Shown one piece after another: positions 48,017 to 59,068 of a DNA stretch of 64,000 bases (position 1 is its first letter; the number at the start of each line of letters is the position of its first letter). Below the pieces are notes generated by a model. The model had not been told where the DNA came from, searched no databases, and saw only the letters and a program-made list of their open reading frames with translations. Source of the DNA: a bacterium (GTDB lineage: Bacteria; UBA8248); assembly GCA_965200245.1 (NCBI GenBank), contig CBDATS010000005.1:704001-768000 (forward strand), read 5' to 3'. Both the position numbers and the translations under genes were made by a program.

Positions 48017-51000
48017 TCATTCCGCTTGTGCCACGACCTCGCATACGTGCTTTCTTAACACATCATCTACACGGCGAGAAACGTCTACGCCCGGACGCAG
48101 GAAAGAAAACACGAGGTCATCCACTTCCAGACCGGTCACCGCCTCAAGCGCCATGACATAGGCACCCCCCTGGTTCTCATAGAACGATGCCTTCTCTTCC
48201 TCCTCGCCTTCGGCAACCTTATCCGTCTTGAAGTCCACAATCGTCAATTTCTCTTTTTCCTCGAACACCAAGTCGATGAATCCCCGAATCACCCTGCCCT
48301 CCAATTCGAACATGAAGGGCAACTCCTGCCAGCGCCTCGGTGCTACGCCTGCACGCGCAAGAATACCATTCTCCAAAGAATTCCGTATCAAATCCATGGC
48401 GAACGCAACGTCGTCTTCGCCCAAATCGAGTGTGTGGGCGAAGGCAACGCCCACTTCCTGCAAACTCTCCAAACATTCGCGCGTAGGCGGCTCAAGACGC
48501 GCGAGGATAGCATGAACAAGGTTCCCGAACGCCGTGCCTCCTGCGTGAACCTCCTGGTCTTGTGGCGTCTCCTCATCTGGATGCGTCCATGAGGTGACAG
48601 ATTCTTCTGCATCCAGACCTTTCGCGAGTCCGCTGGGAGCCAAGGGTTTTTTCATGTCGATCGGCTTTTTCAGGCGTTTTAGTCTCTCATCGAGAGCAGC
48701 ACGCCGCGTGAGGATGATCCCCGGCTCCCCGTTTTCTGGACAGAACGCTTCGTCGCCAAGCCGCAGGATGGGTTCAGCAGGTTTCGACGCCTCCGGCAAA
48801 ACTTCGATGACGGAGACCATCTGACTCATTTTTTCTATCTCGTCCTCGCCCAGGCCCGCGTCTTTCATGAAAAAACGAAAACCCGATTCCGGCCAGAGCA
48901 GATAATCCTCCGCCCGCGTCGCCGCCACGTACCAAAGACGCTTTGTTTCCGCCTGCTGGAACCGGTCTTCGCGCCCAAGCGCATCCATATAGCCCAGCGT
49001 ATCGAGTCGTCTGTTTCCCGAACCCAGATGCAGATCGACCGCTTCGTTTCCTTTCTCGTGGCTCGCGATACGCTCCCTGGGGTGCCGATCTACACTTCCC
49101 TCCAAATCGGCCAAGGCAACGACAGGAAATTCCAGCCCCTTGGCCTGGTGAACGCTCATCAACCGAACCGCTCGTCCCTCATGAGCATCCAAAAACGCCT
49201 CTGGTTCCTTGACATCGCGCTCTGGTCCGTACTGCGCTACCAGATGCGTGGTGAAAGCATCCACGCCCCCCACCCCCCCGCCTGCGAACTCGTGCGCCAT
49301 GTCGAGGAGTTTTTCCAGATTGGCGACGCGCTGTTCTCCGTTTGATGAGGCCATGAACAACTCGAGCGCTCCCGTACGGCGGTATATTTCCTCCAAAAGG
49401 GAACGCGCGCTCGAATCTCTCTTCATCTTGTGAAGCAGGCGCATTTCTCGAACCGCCTCTTGCAACTCCCCAGGCGGGTCTTGCGTTTTCAAAAAGTAAC
49501 GGGCGAGTTCCACGTCCGAAAAACCGTACAGGGGAGAGCGCAGGGCGGCGGAAAGTGCAAGCGGGTCGCCGGGCCACACCGCAGCGGCCAAAACCGAGAT
49601 GACCGAGCCAACCTCGAACTTGTCGTAAAACCCGTGCCCACCATCGGTCACGAACGGAACCTCCGCAGCGCGAAAGGCACCCTCAAACTCCGCGTAACCC
49701 GTTCTCGTGCGGAACAAGACGGCGACATCACCATAGTGGACAAACCGACGCTTGTTTTGCTCTTTATCGCGAATTTCTACCTTCCTCTCCACCAAATCGC
49801 GAATCGCCATGACAAGGCATGCGGCCTCACTCTTTCTCCTGTCTTCTGCTGTCACCTTGCTACCCTCGGCTGGTCTGTCTCCCCCTTCTTGTCTTCTGAT
49901 CAGGAAAACGGCCGGTTCCAAGGATTCGCGATGCGCAACGAGTTCGACGTATTCAGGCTGGACAGCGGTGTTCGCGGAGTCGTGAACGATGACGCGTGAG
50001 AATACCTCATTCACGAAATCGACCACGCCGGGGGTACTGCGGAAATTTTCTTGAATGTACAGTACTCGTCCATCCGGGAGATCCCCAATCTTCTCCCGCA
50101 CTTCATGGTAGATGGCGATATCCGCCCGGCGGAAGCGATAGATGGATTGTTTTGGGTCGCCTACGAGAAACAGCCTGGCGTCATCCATCCGCACTGCTCG
50201 CCAGTCAGCGTTATCTCCTGTTCCTGCAAGCAAGAAAATTAACTCGACCTGCAGTAGGTCTGTATCCTGAAACTCATCGACAAGAAAATGCTTGATTCCC
50301 TCGCGGATTCTCCTTCGCACACCGGGGTTTTTCCGGGCGAGCTTCGTTGCCAGAAACAGCATGTCCTGATAGGACAAAAGCCCCGCTTCGCGAAGACCCT
50401 GCTCGAAAGACTCGGTGAAGTCTCGAACGAGCGGAACCAGACCGGCGATCATCTCGTGGGCGATTAACGCGGCTCCTTCTCGCAAGAACCTATCGTATTC
50501 TCTCCGGAAGTGTTTTAGGTTTTCTCTGCCTTCTTCTTTTGAACTCCCCCAGTTCGCCGCTGAACCTACCCCCTTGTTCAGTTTGAACCCGGGATTCCAA
50601 AACTCACGCAGAAGCTCGGTTTGCGAAAGTTCGGAGAGACCCTCTATCCAGCTTCTCGCCATTTCCAGTTGCTGGAAAGCCTTGTCTTTTTTATTCATGC
50701 AGTGGCGCCCCACCTCCGCCCAAGTACTGAACGCTTCCGCTACTTCCGTGTAGATTCTATCGGGAGAAACGTCTCGTGAACGGGGGAAATGTTCTCTCAA
50801 CTCCGGCAGGTCGAGCAGGGCGTCGCGGATTCTCTCCAGATCGGCCACCTGGAAACCGAGTTCCAGAAAATCACGCAGTTGCGCATCCTCGCCGTTCAGC
50901 ACCTGCGTCAGCCAGTCGCGCCAAGCCGTGTCGCGTCGCGCCTCGTACTCGATTTCATCCACATTTCCTGCTTCGGGGGGAAGCCCTGCGTCCAGCGAGA

Positions 51001-51349
51001 AACTCCGCAAGAGGTTGAGGGCGAAGCCGTGGATCGTGGAGATGCGCGCGGATTCCAGGTTCTCCAGCGCATCCTGCAATCGCGCTCTCGTTTCTTCGCC
51101 CTGTTCTTCAAGCGCCGCTGCGCGAATCCCACGGCGGATCCTGTCCTTCAGTTCCGCAGTCGCTTTTCGCGTGAAAGTGATGGCAGCTATCTCATCAAGA
51201 CGCACGCCTTCACTTAGAATCAGGTGAAGGATTCTATCCACGAGCAGGGTCGTCTTGCCCGTACCCGCGCCCGCTTCGACGAGAATGGGGCCGCGCGTCC
51301 AAGTCGTGGCCTCGCGTCGCTGCACCTGATCGCGTGGGTGTGCGTTCAT
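48017..51349 (-). CDS. addA: AddA-type UvrD helicase-nuclease
   Basis: 'EAGAGTGKT', 'ITFTRKA', 'STIHGF', 'VDEFQDT', 'VGDPKQSIYRFR', 'HQAKGLEF', 'YVAATRA' and a C-terminal nuclease 'GFIDLV...VDFKT'. Confidence 0.92.
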   Translation of the reverse strand: MNAHPRDQVQRREATTWTRGPILVEAGAGTGKTTLLVDRILHLILSEGVRLDEIAAITFTRKATAELKDRIRRGIRAAALEEQGEETRARLQDALENLESARISTIHGFALNLLRSFSLDAGLPPEAGNVDEIEYEARRDTAWRDWLTQVLNGEDAQLRDFLELGFQVADLERIRDALLDLPELREHFPRSRDVSPDRIYTEVAEAFSTWAEVGRHCMNKKDKAFQQLEMARSWIEGLSELSQTELLREFWNPGFKLNKGVGSAANWGSSKEEGRENLKHFRREYDRFLREGAALIAHEMIAGLVPLVRDFTESFEQGLREAGLLSYQDMLFLATKLARKNPGVRRRIREGIKHFLVDEFQDTDLLQVELIFLLAGTGDNADWRAVRMDDARLFLVGDPKQSIYRFRRADIAIYHEVREKIGDLPDGRVLYIQENFRSTPGVVDFVNEVFSRVIVHDSANTAVQPEYVELVAHRESLEPAVFLIRRQEGGDRPAEGSKVTAEDRRKSEAACLVMAIRDLVERKVEIRDKEQNKRRFVHYGDVAVLFRTRTGYAEFEGAFRAAEVPFVTDGGHGFYDKFEVGSVISVLAAAVWPGDPLALSAALRSPLYGFSDVELARYFLKTQDPPGELQEAVREMRLLHKMKRDSSARSLLEEIYRRTGALELFMASSNGEQRVANLEKLLDMAHEFAGGGVGGVDAFTTHLVAQYGPERDVKEPEAFLDAHEGRAVRLMSVHQAKGLEFPVVALADLEGSVDRHPRERIASHEKGNEAVDLHLGSGNRRLDTLGYMDALGREDRFQQAETKRLWYVAATRAEDYLLWPESGFRFFMKDAGLGEDEIEKMSQMVSVIEVLPEASKPAEPILRLGDEAFCPENGEPGIILTRRAALDERLKRLKKPIDMKKPLAPSGLAKGLDAEESVTSWTHPDEETPQDQEVHAGGTAFGNLVHAILARLEPPTRECLESLQEVGVAFAHTLDLGEDDVAFAMDLIRNSLENGILARAGVAPRRWQELPFMFELEGRVIRGFIDLVFEEKEKLTIVDFKTDKVAEGEEEEKASFYENQGGAYVMALEAVTGLEVDDLVFSFLRPGVDVSRRVDDVLRKHVCEVVAQAE

Positions 51350-54300
51350 ACCGCTCTCTCCCGCAACACGAGAAGTTCGTTTATTTCCGGCGCTCCCTCT
51401 TTTCGTGCGGCGCGCTCGATCCTGTCGGGCCCGCAAACCATCCTGTAATTGCAATACCTGCAGCCAACGTCGGATGGAGTCGGAAAAAACCGTCCCTTCC
51501 CGGATGAGGCAAGGAAATAATCCAGGAGCGCATCCACATCCGCCATGCGGCCTTCGATATCCTCAGAAGATCGCACGCGCTCTTCGGCACCCTCTTCTTC
51601 CGTAAGATAGACGTATGCGCCGCTTACTCTGGCACTCTCCGGCAAGGCGTCCGTGCGCGCGCGCAGATGCCGCGCGTAAAGATGAAGTTGAAGACTCGCG
51701 CCACCGTCCAGAATTTTTCCTTTGGCAGGAAGTGAATTTTTTCTTCCCCAGGTCTTAAAGTCGATGACGCGGTATTCCCCCGCTTCATTTTCCTCTAGCA
51801 GGTCCATCCGACCACTCAGGGCGAGTTCTCCCGCCTGAAGCGTTATCCGTAATGGCTCCGAACCCCGGCCGCCGAATCTCTCTTCCACGCTCACCGGCTG
51901 CCTGCCCGTTTGCTCCGCGCGTGTTTGCTCCAGGTAACCCTCCAAGCGCCTGTATAATGTGTTTTCGAGCACCGCCCATGGCAACGCGAGCAGGGGCGGC
52001 GATTCAGCCGCATCCGCCTCCTCACGCAACGCCTCGTGAATCGCATCTAGGAGCGCGCCCTGAGCGGTCGTTTCATCGAGCGCGTCAATAGACCGGTTCT
52101 CCCGCTTGAGCCATAGATGAAAATGTTCGAGAGCCCTGTGCGTCAACTGCCCTCTCCTCCTCCCGTCCAAGACGAAAGGGGGTAGAGGTTCCTCGCGCTT
52201 TTCCATGCGCGGATACAGGCGCTCGTTCACGAACCGATACGGGCAACCGAAAAAAACCTCTACCGCAGTGACGCCGAGGGGCCACGCGGGCGAGTGAATC
52301 CTCTCCCGGATGATTTGCAGCAAGTCGGGGGTCGTGAGCATACCGTCAAATGCGGTCAACGCACCCTGCCGCCATCGCTCGGCCAGGGCGTTTCGTTTGC
52401 GGAGAAACCCGGGGAAATCGTTCATGTAGGCGAGGGCACCCGCCTCGGACCGCCTGATCTGCTCCACCATGCGCGCCAAGTCATACTCTCGCAGTTGAAC
52501 GGGATTCCCGGAACAGGCTCCGACATTCGGTGTCGTGGTGGCGGTGTTGCTGCGCAAGCCCGCGAAAAGGCCCCACGCGCCGTCTCTCGCCTCTCCCAGC
52601 GCATCGGCCAGATAATGCAGGTAAAGGCTGGGGAAAGACGCCGTCTCATTCCCCGTGCCATCCTCGACACTCGTCACCGTAATAACGAGCCGTTTCCTCA
52701 CCGACTGGAGGATCGTCCACAACTGAAAACGCGCTTCATTGTCACGGTATTTCTTGAGCGGAAGCGCCATTTCCCTCTCCGGGAAGCGCTGTTTCGCCAC
52801 GCGGTTCAACACCTCGCGGGTGGAATCGGGCAGGAGCGGGTTTTCGCTCCCCTGAGCCGGAAACAGGCCCTCGCCCATGCCTGCGAGCACGACCGTGTCA
52901 AAGGAAATCCCGCGCGCGCTCTGGATAGAGGAGAGACTCGCCAGATGCCTTTCTTCCAACTTGTTCACGCTCTGGGGGGTTTTCTCGAAAAACAGCTCGC
53001 AAAGATCGTAGAACGCCTCACGCGTCATCTCGCCGGTAACAGCATCCAAATCCGCCAGCAAACGGACCACATCCTTAACTGCTTTAGCGTCGACCAAATC
53101 GCATGTCGTCTCTGAGAAGACTTCCAGAGCCGATTGAACGAACAAAGAGAGCGACCCCGCTTCGGGGATCCTCTCCATGAGATCGACGACTTCGGACATC
53201 GAGATGGCAAGGGAATAGGCAGCAGGACGCTCCTCATCTCCTTCTTTCATTCTCTCCAAGGCGTCATCGAGTTCTGCGCACCAGGCGTCCGCACCTCTCA
53301 GGTAAGGCAGGCTTCTCGAGAAAAACTCCCATCTGGACACAAGGATGTCGTCACAGACAAGTTCTTCGAATCCGTATTTCTCGGCAAGATACCGAAACCT
53401 CGGCGTGCCGATGAAGCCTCCCTCCCCTAGAAAGCGCATCAACTCGGCGCGCGGATAGCCCTCAACCGGAAGACGAAGCATCAAAAGAAACAACCGGGCG
53501 GCGGACGTTTCCGACAGAGGATTCCTTCCTTTGGTCAGACAGGGAATTTCGAGGGTTTGAAACGTCTCCTCGAATAAGTCCTGATAGCCGCCTTGCTCGG
53601 TCATCAGGACGCATACCTCATCTTCACTCTCGAAATCCTCCCGTGCCCGGAGCATCTCCCGGCAGGCTTCCCGGACTTCTCGGCCTCTTGTGGGGGCAGC
53701 TACGACGCGCATGGCATCCGCCGCCAAAGGCCCGGCCTGCGCTCCATGGCGCGAAAAGATCGCTTCGGCCAGTCCCGAAAGCGGCCTGGACGCGATCGGC
53801 CCCGCTTGTTCGCGCTGGAAACCCTGCTCCTCTAGCCAGTGGATAAAGGGCAGCGCGTACGCGCAGGCGGGCGCGTCGGTTTGAGCAGGTACCAGGGCTT
53901 GGGACTGCGCCTCCCGGCAGACAGCCGCCGCCAGCCTGCGCTGAATCGCATTCATCTCTGCAAAACCGTAGAAAATAGTGGGTACGCGCGGGGGGTCGGC
54001 TTCCGCCCTCTCGCACGCGGTCAGGAAAAGCGAGGATAGGTCGTAAAATCCGCGTTCACGCATGCAATTCCTGTAACGCTCGATCAAAACCCCCAAGTCC
54101 CACAGTCGCGCCGCATCGGGGCCGGGAATCTCCTGGCTGAGTTTCCTCAAATCATGGGGCGAAAAGTTCGCCTCAGCCAGGTCCGTCAAAGTCGCGTAGA
54201 GGTTCTCTCCGTATCCCACTGAATCGGAGGGGTAGAAGGCGAACTCTCCGCGCGTGCACTCGAACACCTCTTTGGCCAGGGTTTCGGCCAAAGCCGGGTG

Positions 54301-54573
54301 GATCCGCCTGAGTTCCGCCAAGGAGCGCTCGGGTTCGGCAATCTTACGCGCTAAGTCGATCATGCCCAGAACCTCCACCCCTGCGAAACTGCTCGCGCGT
54401 GCAAGAACGCTCTGAACGTGATCACGCAGCCTGCTCGAGATGACGACCACTCTCCTGTGCGCCAGTGGATCTCCGCAACCCATGCCGCGTACGCGGGAAG
54501 CAAGGGATGACTCGAGATGGTGGAAAGGAGCGGTGAAGAGAATTTTAGAGACTGACGCCATGAGGAGTTCCAT
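51346..54573 (-). CDS. addB: AddB-type inactive helicase with PD-(D/E)XK nuclease and Fe-S staple
   Basis: 'GCPYRF', 'GRMDLLE...VIDFKT', 'LQLHLY' and 'CRYCNYRMVC'. It overlaps the addA start. Confidence 0.88.
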   Translation of the reverse strand: MELLMASVSKILFTAPFHHLESSLASRVRGMGCGDPLAHRRVVVISSRLRDHVQSVLARASSFAGVEVLGMIDLARKIAEPERSLAELRRIHPALAETLAKEVFECTRGEFAFYPSDSVGYGENLYATLTDLAEANFSPHDLRKLSQEIPGPDAARLWDLGVLIERYRNCMRERGFYDLSSLFLTACERAEADPPRVPTIFYGFAEMNAIQRRLAAAVCREAQSQALVPAQTDAPACAYALPFIHWLEEQGFQREQAGPIASRPLSGLAEAIFSRHGAQAGPLAADAMRVVAAPTRGREVREACREMLRAREDFESEDEVCVLMTEQGGYQDLFEETFQTLEIPCLTKGRNPLSETSAARLFLLMLRLPVEGYPRAELMRFLGEGGFIGTPRFRYLAEKYGFEELVCDDILVSRWEFFSRSLPYLRGADAWCAELDDALERMKEGDEERPAAYSLAISMSEVVDLMERIPEAGSLSLFVQSALEVFSETTCDLVDAKAVKDVVRLLADLDAVTGEMTREAFYDLCELFFEKTPQSVNKLEERHLASLSSIQSARGISFDTVVLAGMGEGLFPAQGSENPLLPDSTREVLNRVAKQRFPEREMALPLKKYRDNEARFQLWTILQSVRKRLVITVTSVEDGTGNETASFPSLYLHYLADALGEARDGAWGLFAGLRSNTATTTPNVGACSGNPVQLREYDLARMVEQIRRSEAGALAYMNDFPGFLRKRNALAERWRQGALTAFDGMLTTPDLLQIIRERIHSPAWPLGVTAVEVFFGCPYRFVNERLYPRMEKREEPLPPFVLDGRRRGQLTHRALEHFHLWLKRENRSIDALDETTAQGALLDAIHEALREEADAAESPPLLALPWAVLENTLYRRLEGYLEQTRAEQTGRQPVSVEERFGGRGSEPLRITLQAGELALSGRMDLLEENEAGEYRVIDFKTWGRKNSLPAKGKILDGGASLQLHLYARHLRARTDALPESARVSGAYVYLTEEEGAEERVRSSEDIEGRMADVDALLDYFLASSGKGRFFPTPSDVGCRYCNYRMVCGPDRIERAARKEGAPEINELLVLRERAV

Positions 54574-54623
54574 TTCAGCGTTGGTGAGCGGTTCCGCTGG
54601 ATGAAGTAGATCCGAACGATCGA

Positions 54624-55589
54624 TCAGGTGTTCAGCACACTCTCACCGAAGAGTTCTTCCACCTCAAGCAGGCCGGGCGTGAGGCCCTGCTGGTGGGCAT
54701 AGGAGAGGAGTTTTTCGAGAGACGTGCGGTTCGCCTCCACCCCGTAGGGCCAGAAATTATCGCCAAAAATCTCGCGTGTCTCATCCATCACAGAGGGTAG
54801 AAACGGAATCATGGCCGAGAGGGCACCGTTATCGCTCAAAAGTTCCATCGTCTTTTCGCGCGCCTCGCACATGGCCTGGTAAATGGATCCAAGCGCCCAG
54901 GGGGTTTTCACGTGAATATCGCGTCTCAGCACAACGCAGTGCATCATGGGATGAACACCCGTTCGCTTGTAGTACGCCGTCTCGGCGGCCTTGTAGTTCG
55001 GGAAGAGACGCTTGACGCGTGGCGAGCCCTTAGCGAAGCACTCGGGCACCTGATGAATCAGCGCTCCGTCTACCTCGCCCGAATCGAGCATGCTCGAAAC
55101 CGTCTGGCCGGGCTTCATATAGCGGATGCGCGCGCCGGGCGGCATGGGAATCGGTACGCGCGGCTCAATGGCCGCCACCCAATCCACCGAACTCACGTCG
55201 AGGCCGTATTCTTCGGCGAGAATGCCCACAATCCACACCACCGCCGTCATTCCCCATTCGCGGATCGCGATTCGCTTGCCGTTCAGGTCCGCCACCTGAT
55301 TGACGCCCGCATCAGTGTTGGCATAAACCATCGAATGCCGGAAGACGCGGCTCGGAAAAGCTGGCATCCCCACGAAGGGGCTCTCGCCCTCACCGAGCAG
55401 GAACATGTGCGCACCCATCGACATTTCCGACAGATCGAACTCCTGGTATCTGCACATGCGGAAGAATATCTCGGTGGGCGGCAAGGAAAGCACCCGGAGA
55501 TTCACCCCCTCCGGGCGAACCGCACCCATCTTGAGAATGTTGGTCCGATCATAATCGCCAAACGCCGCTGTGAGTTCCAGAGCCGGCAT
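54624..55589 (-). CDS. 4,5-dihydroxyphthalate decarboxylase-like (PBP2-fold) protein
   Basis: 'DYDRT', 'EIFFRM...EFDLSEMS', 'FPSRVFRHS' and 'WPYGVEANR'. Confidence 0.85.
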   Translation of the reverse strand: MPALELTAAFGDYDRTNILKMGAVRPEGVNLRVLSLPPTEIFFRMCRYQEFDLSEMSMGAHMFLLGEGESPFVGMPAFPSRVFRHSMVYANTDAGVNQVADLNGKRIAIREWGMTAVVWIVGILAEEYGLDVSSVDWVAAIEPRVPIPMPPGARIRYMKPGQTVSSMLDSGEVDGALIHQVPECFAKGSPRVKRLFPNYKAAETAYYKRTGVHPMMHCVVLRRDIHVKTPWALGSIYQAMCEAREKTMELLSDNGALSAMIPFLPSVMDETREIFGDNFWPYGVEANRTSLEKLLSYAHQQGLTPGLLEVEELFGESVLNT

Positions 55590-55795
55590 GTTTTCCCCTT
55601 TCACGTCATAAATCCTGAAAACACCTATTCTTGATAATCGCGGAACGGCCCTCAGGTTTCTCATAATTTCCTTCTCTCAGCAACGAGGCGCATCCTTGTG
55701 CGCGTGAAAAATGCGGTTGACCGCCCGCCACCCGACGTGGCATGAAGAGTCGGGCAGTCACAGGATTCCGAATTGACAACCGAAAAGGATAACGC

Positions 55796-56839
55796 TTGGC
55801 CAATAAGACAAGGGTGATCATTTGCGGGTTCGGGCGCGTGGGACGTGAATTCGCGAGACTCATCCACAAAAAATCAGAGTTCATGCGCACGGCTTATGAC
55901 CTCGATCCGGCCATTGTTGGCGTGGGAGAACTCAACGGGAGCCTGCACTGCCCCGTTGGAATCGACCCCGCAACAACTGCGGACACCTTCGAGCGGACAG
56001 GCAGTTTCGAAGGGAATCCTCATCTGGAAGCCGATTGGAGTGGAATCGACCTCATTCGCTCGGCAAGCACCGACATACTCATTGAGACGACGCCCACCGA
56101 CATCCGCACGGGCGAGCCGGCCATGAGCCACATACGCGAGGCGCTCTCAAGAAACATCCACGTTGTGAGCGCGAACAAGGGACCCTTCATCCGCGCCTAC
56201 CGCGAACTGACTGCGCTGGCGCGTGAGAAAAATTCAAGTCTCAAAATCTCCGCCGCTGCTGCAGCTGCCCTCCCGACCATAGACGTGGCGGAGATATGCC
56301 TCGCGGGTGCCGAGATTCTTGGCATAGAAGGCGTACTGAACGGGACAACGAATTTTATACTTTCCAGAATGCGGACAAACGGCAAGAGTTATGAGGAGGC
56401 GCTCGCAGAGGCGCAGTCGCTCGGTATCGCGGAGACCGACCCCACGCTCGACGTGGAGGGTTTCGACACGTCGAACAAGCTCGCGCTCATCGCGAACGTC
56501 TGCATGGGTGCGGACCTGATGCCCGCAGACGTGAAGCGTACGGGTATCACCGGCATATCACTCGAAAAAGTGCAACGCGCGAGTGCTGCGGGCAAAATCA
56601 TGCGTCTGGTGGGCACAGCCAAGCGAGGCGAGAGCGGGCGCGTCTCGGCCTGCGTCGCGCCCGTGCTACTCTCGCCCGATCATCCCTTGGCAGGGGTTGA
56701 GGGTGCAGAGAAGGGAATCACCTACACGAGCGATACCATGGATCGTGTCACCGTGACGGGCGGAAAGAGCGATCCGCGTGGCGCGGCCGCCGTTTTACTT
56801 AAAGACCTCATCAACATTTATCGTCATTCATCATCCTGA
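55796..56839 (+). CDS. hom: Homoserine dehydrogenase (no ACT domain)
   Basis: 'GFGRVG', 'HVVSANKGP', 'GVLNGTTNFIL' and 'AQSLGIAETDPTLDVEG.D..K'. Confidence 0.9.
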   Translation: MANKTRVIICGFGRVGREFARLIHKKSEFMRTAYDLDPAIVGVGELNGSLHCPVGIDPATTADTFERTGSFEGNPHLEADWSGIDLIRSASTDILIETTPTDIRTGEPAMSHIREALSRNIHVVSANKGPFIRAYRELTALAREKNSSLKISAAAAAALPTIDVAEICLAGAEILGIEGVLNGTTNFILSRMRTNGKSYEEALAEAQSLGIAETDPTLDVEGFDTSNKLALIANVCMGADLMPADVKRTGITGISLEKVQRASAAGKIMRLVGTAKRGESGRVSACVAPVLLSPDHPLAGVEGAEKGITYTSDTMDRVTVTGGKSDPRGAAAVLLKDLINIYRHSSS

Positions 56840-56853
56840 CGCGGAGATTTCCC

Positions 56854-58455
56854 ATGAACAACGCAGATTTAATCGTCAAAACCATGAAGGAAGCGGGCGT
56901 CACGCACTGCTTCGGCATTCCGAGTGGAAACGTGCTGCCCATGCTCGAGGCCATGCGCAAAGGGGGAATCACCTTTGTCCTCACTGCGCACGAGGGCTCG
57001 GCGAGCTTTTCCGCTGACGTGATGGGCCGCCTGACGGGCGCGCCCGGGTTTTGCATCGCCACCCTGGGACCTGGAGCTACGAACCTCTCGACCGGCGTGG
57101 GCAACGCCTATCTGGACCGCTCTCCGCTCATCGCGCTGACCTGCAACTTGCACACGCACCAGTTGGGACGTCGTATTCAGATGTACATTGACCATCACAC
57201 CCTCTACAGGCCCATCAGCAAAGCGAGTTATCCGCTCAGGAAAGGTCGTGTCGCCTCCGTGCTGGAACAAGCGATAGGCCTCGTGTTAAGCGAGCCGCAC
57301 GGCCCCGTCCACCTGGATTTGCCAGAAGACGTGTCGCTCGCACCCGCTACCGAGGATATACCGCCCATCCCTCAGGGCAAACGTCACCGCCCCGCACCTG
57401 AGAGCGCATTCTCAAAACTGGAATCCCTTCTTCAGAACGCCAAGCGGCCCGTCGCCGTTCTGGGCTCCACGACCATGCGGATGGAAAACCCAGCGCTTCT
57501 TCGCGCCTTCATCGACAAGCACCAGCTACCCTTCGCCACGACCACCATGGCCAAAGGGATGATAGATGAAGACCATCCGCTTTCGGTCGGGTGCATCGAA
57601 CGCGGCAAGCGCCAAGTGCAGCGAGAGTTCTTAAGAAGCGCCGATTTGATTCTGGGGATTGGCTACGATGTCGTCGAGGTGGAATACGAGCAATGGATCA
57701 AGAACGTGCCCCTCGCCAGCGTGGACATTGACCCGGTGGATGCGGATGCTTCTGTCGATATCACGCACGAGTTGGTGGGCAACCTTGATGCGTCTTTGAG
57801 ACGCATGAACAGCTTCGCCCCCGGCAGCTTTGAGTGGCCTTCAGACGCCGCCTTGCGCCAAAAAGAAAAATTCCAGAAGGCCCTGCGCCCCGATGTTCCA
57901 AACTTCGCGGCTCATCAGGCCATCGACGTGGTTCGCGAAGTGACGCCAAAGGAGGGAATCCTGTCCTTTGACGTGGGCGCACACACGCACCAGATAGCCA
58001 GCCAGTGGACCGTTCACGAGCCGCGCACGTTCCTCATCACGAACGGGTGGTCCTCAATGGGCTTTGGTCTGCCGGGGGCTATCGCCGCGAAGCTCGCATG
58101 TCCAGAAAAACCCGTGGTTGCCCTTATCGGGGACGGGTGTTTTCAGATGACGTGCGGCGAGGTAGCAGTCGCCAAGAGAATGGGCCTCGCCATTCCCATA
58201 GTCGTGCTGGACGATCGCTGGCTCTCGCTCATCCAGGTGAAACAGGACAGGCGCGCTTACGGCCGCTACGGCACCGAACTCCAGGCTGAGGAATACCAGG
58301 CGCCGCCCGCCCATTATTTCGGCGTGCCTGCCGTGGGCGCACGAACGCCGGAGGAACTTCAAAAGGCGCTCCGCCAGGCTTTCGACGCTGACGGGCCGAC
58401 TATCATCGAAGCGGTGGTGGACACCGGGCACTACGACGACACGGTATTCGACTAG
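56854..58455 (+). CDS. ThDP-binding protein, acetolactate synthase large-subunit-like
   Basis: 'TAHEGSA', 'ATLGPGATN', 'GPVHLDLP', 'SSMGFGLP' and 'GDGCF'. Confidence 0.9.
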   Translation: MNNADLIVKTMKEAGVTHCFGIPSGNVLPMLEAMRKGGITFVLTAHEGSASFSADVMGRLTGAPGFCIATLGPGATNLSTGVGNAYLDRSPLIALTCNLHTHQLGRRIQMYIDHHTLYRPISKASYPLRKGRVASVLEQAIGLVLSEPHGPVHLDLPEDVSLAPATEDIPPIPQGKRHRPAPESAFSKLESLLQNAKRPVAVLGSTTMRMENPALLRAFIDKHQLPFATTTMAKGMIDEDHPLSVGCIERGKRQVQREFLRSADLILGIGYDVVEVEYEQWIKNVPLASVDIDPVDADASVDITHELVGNLDASLRRMNSFAPGSFEWPSDAALRQKEKFQKALRPDVPNFAAHQAIDVVREVTPKEGILSFDVGAHTHQIASQWTVHEPRTFLITNGWSSMGFGLPGAIAAKLACPEKPVVALIGDGCFQMTCGEVAVAKRMGLAIPIVVLDDRWLSLIQVKQDRRAYGRYGTELQAEEYQAPPAHYFGVPAVGARTPEELQKALRQAFDADGPTIIEAVVDTGHYDDTVFD

Positions 58456-58620
58456 AATATCTCCAGAACAGACGATACCGAGACGTTTGAACGAAAGAAA
58501 TCGCAGTTTAGGCCTTATAGGTAATGTCGCATCCATTCTGAACACACCGTGGATTCTTCTTCGGGCGGGGCATTTCACCGGGCGAATTCGGGCATTATCC
58601 TTATACGTTGAAAGTCATGT

Positions 58621-59040
58621 TTTTCCGTTCCACGCGAACATAAAGAAACACAAGGTGAAATCGTACAACTCCTACTTGCGAGACAGGGGCATTGTCTCAC
58701 ACCCCACCAAGTGCAGGACGCGCTCGCAGGCCACCCGATAACGGAGCGAGAGAGCTTCGTCATGGAGAAGTTGCTCGTCGCCGTCCCGCCCCGGTAGATG
58801 GCGAGTTTCTATCGCACCTTGGCGGGCGCGGAGATCGACCCCATATTCGAAATTTCAGGAAAAAACGGTCACAGGCTACTGGGATCAAAACATGGTCACT
58901 CCGGGGTCTCGGCAAGGGTTTCCGTCACGCCTGTGAGGATTTAAGGCTCGAACGCGCTTTTATCGTCTGTCCGGGGGAGGAGTACTACCCCGTCACGAAG
59001 GACACGGGGTGGTTGGCCTGCGGAAGATGGTCTCTATCAT
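58621..59040 (+). pseudogene. Eroded 3' remnant of an AAA-ATPase/DUF4143 gene
   Basis: Fragments across frames: 'PFHANIKK..VKS...YLRD.GI', 'LAGHP', 'FYRTLAGAEID' and 'KGFRHACEDL...AFIV.PGEEYYP'. Confidence 0.75.
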
Positions 59041-59068
59041 ACTGCACGGGGAGGAACAGCCAGAGGCA

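Noticed and set aside
48017-54573. Helicase + PD-(D/E)XK nuclease pair as a novel defence system
   Set aside because: Size, order, motifs and the Fe-S cysteines fit ordinary AddAB recombination repair.
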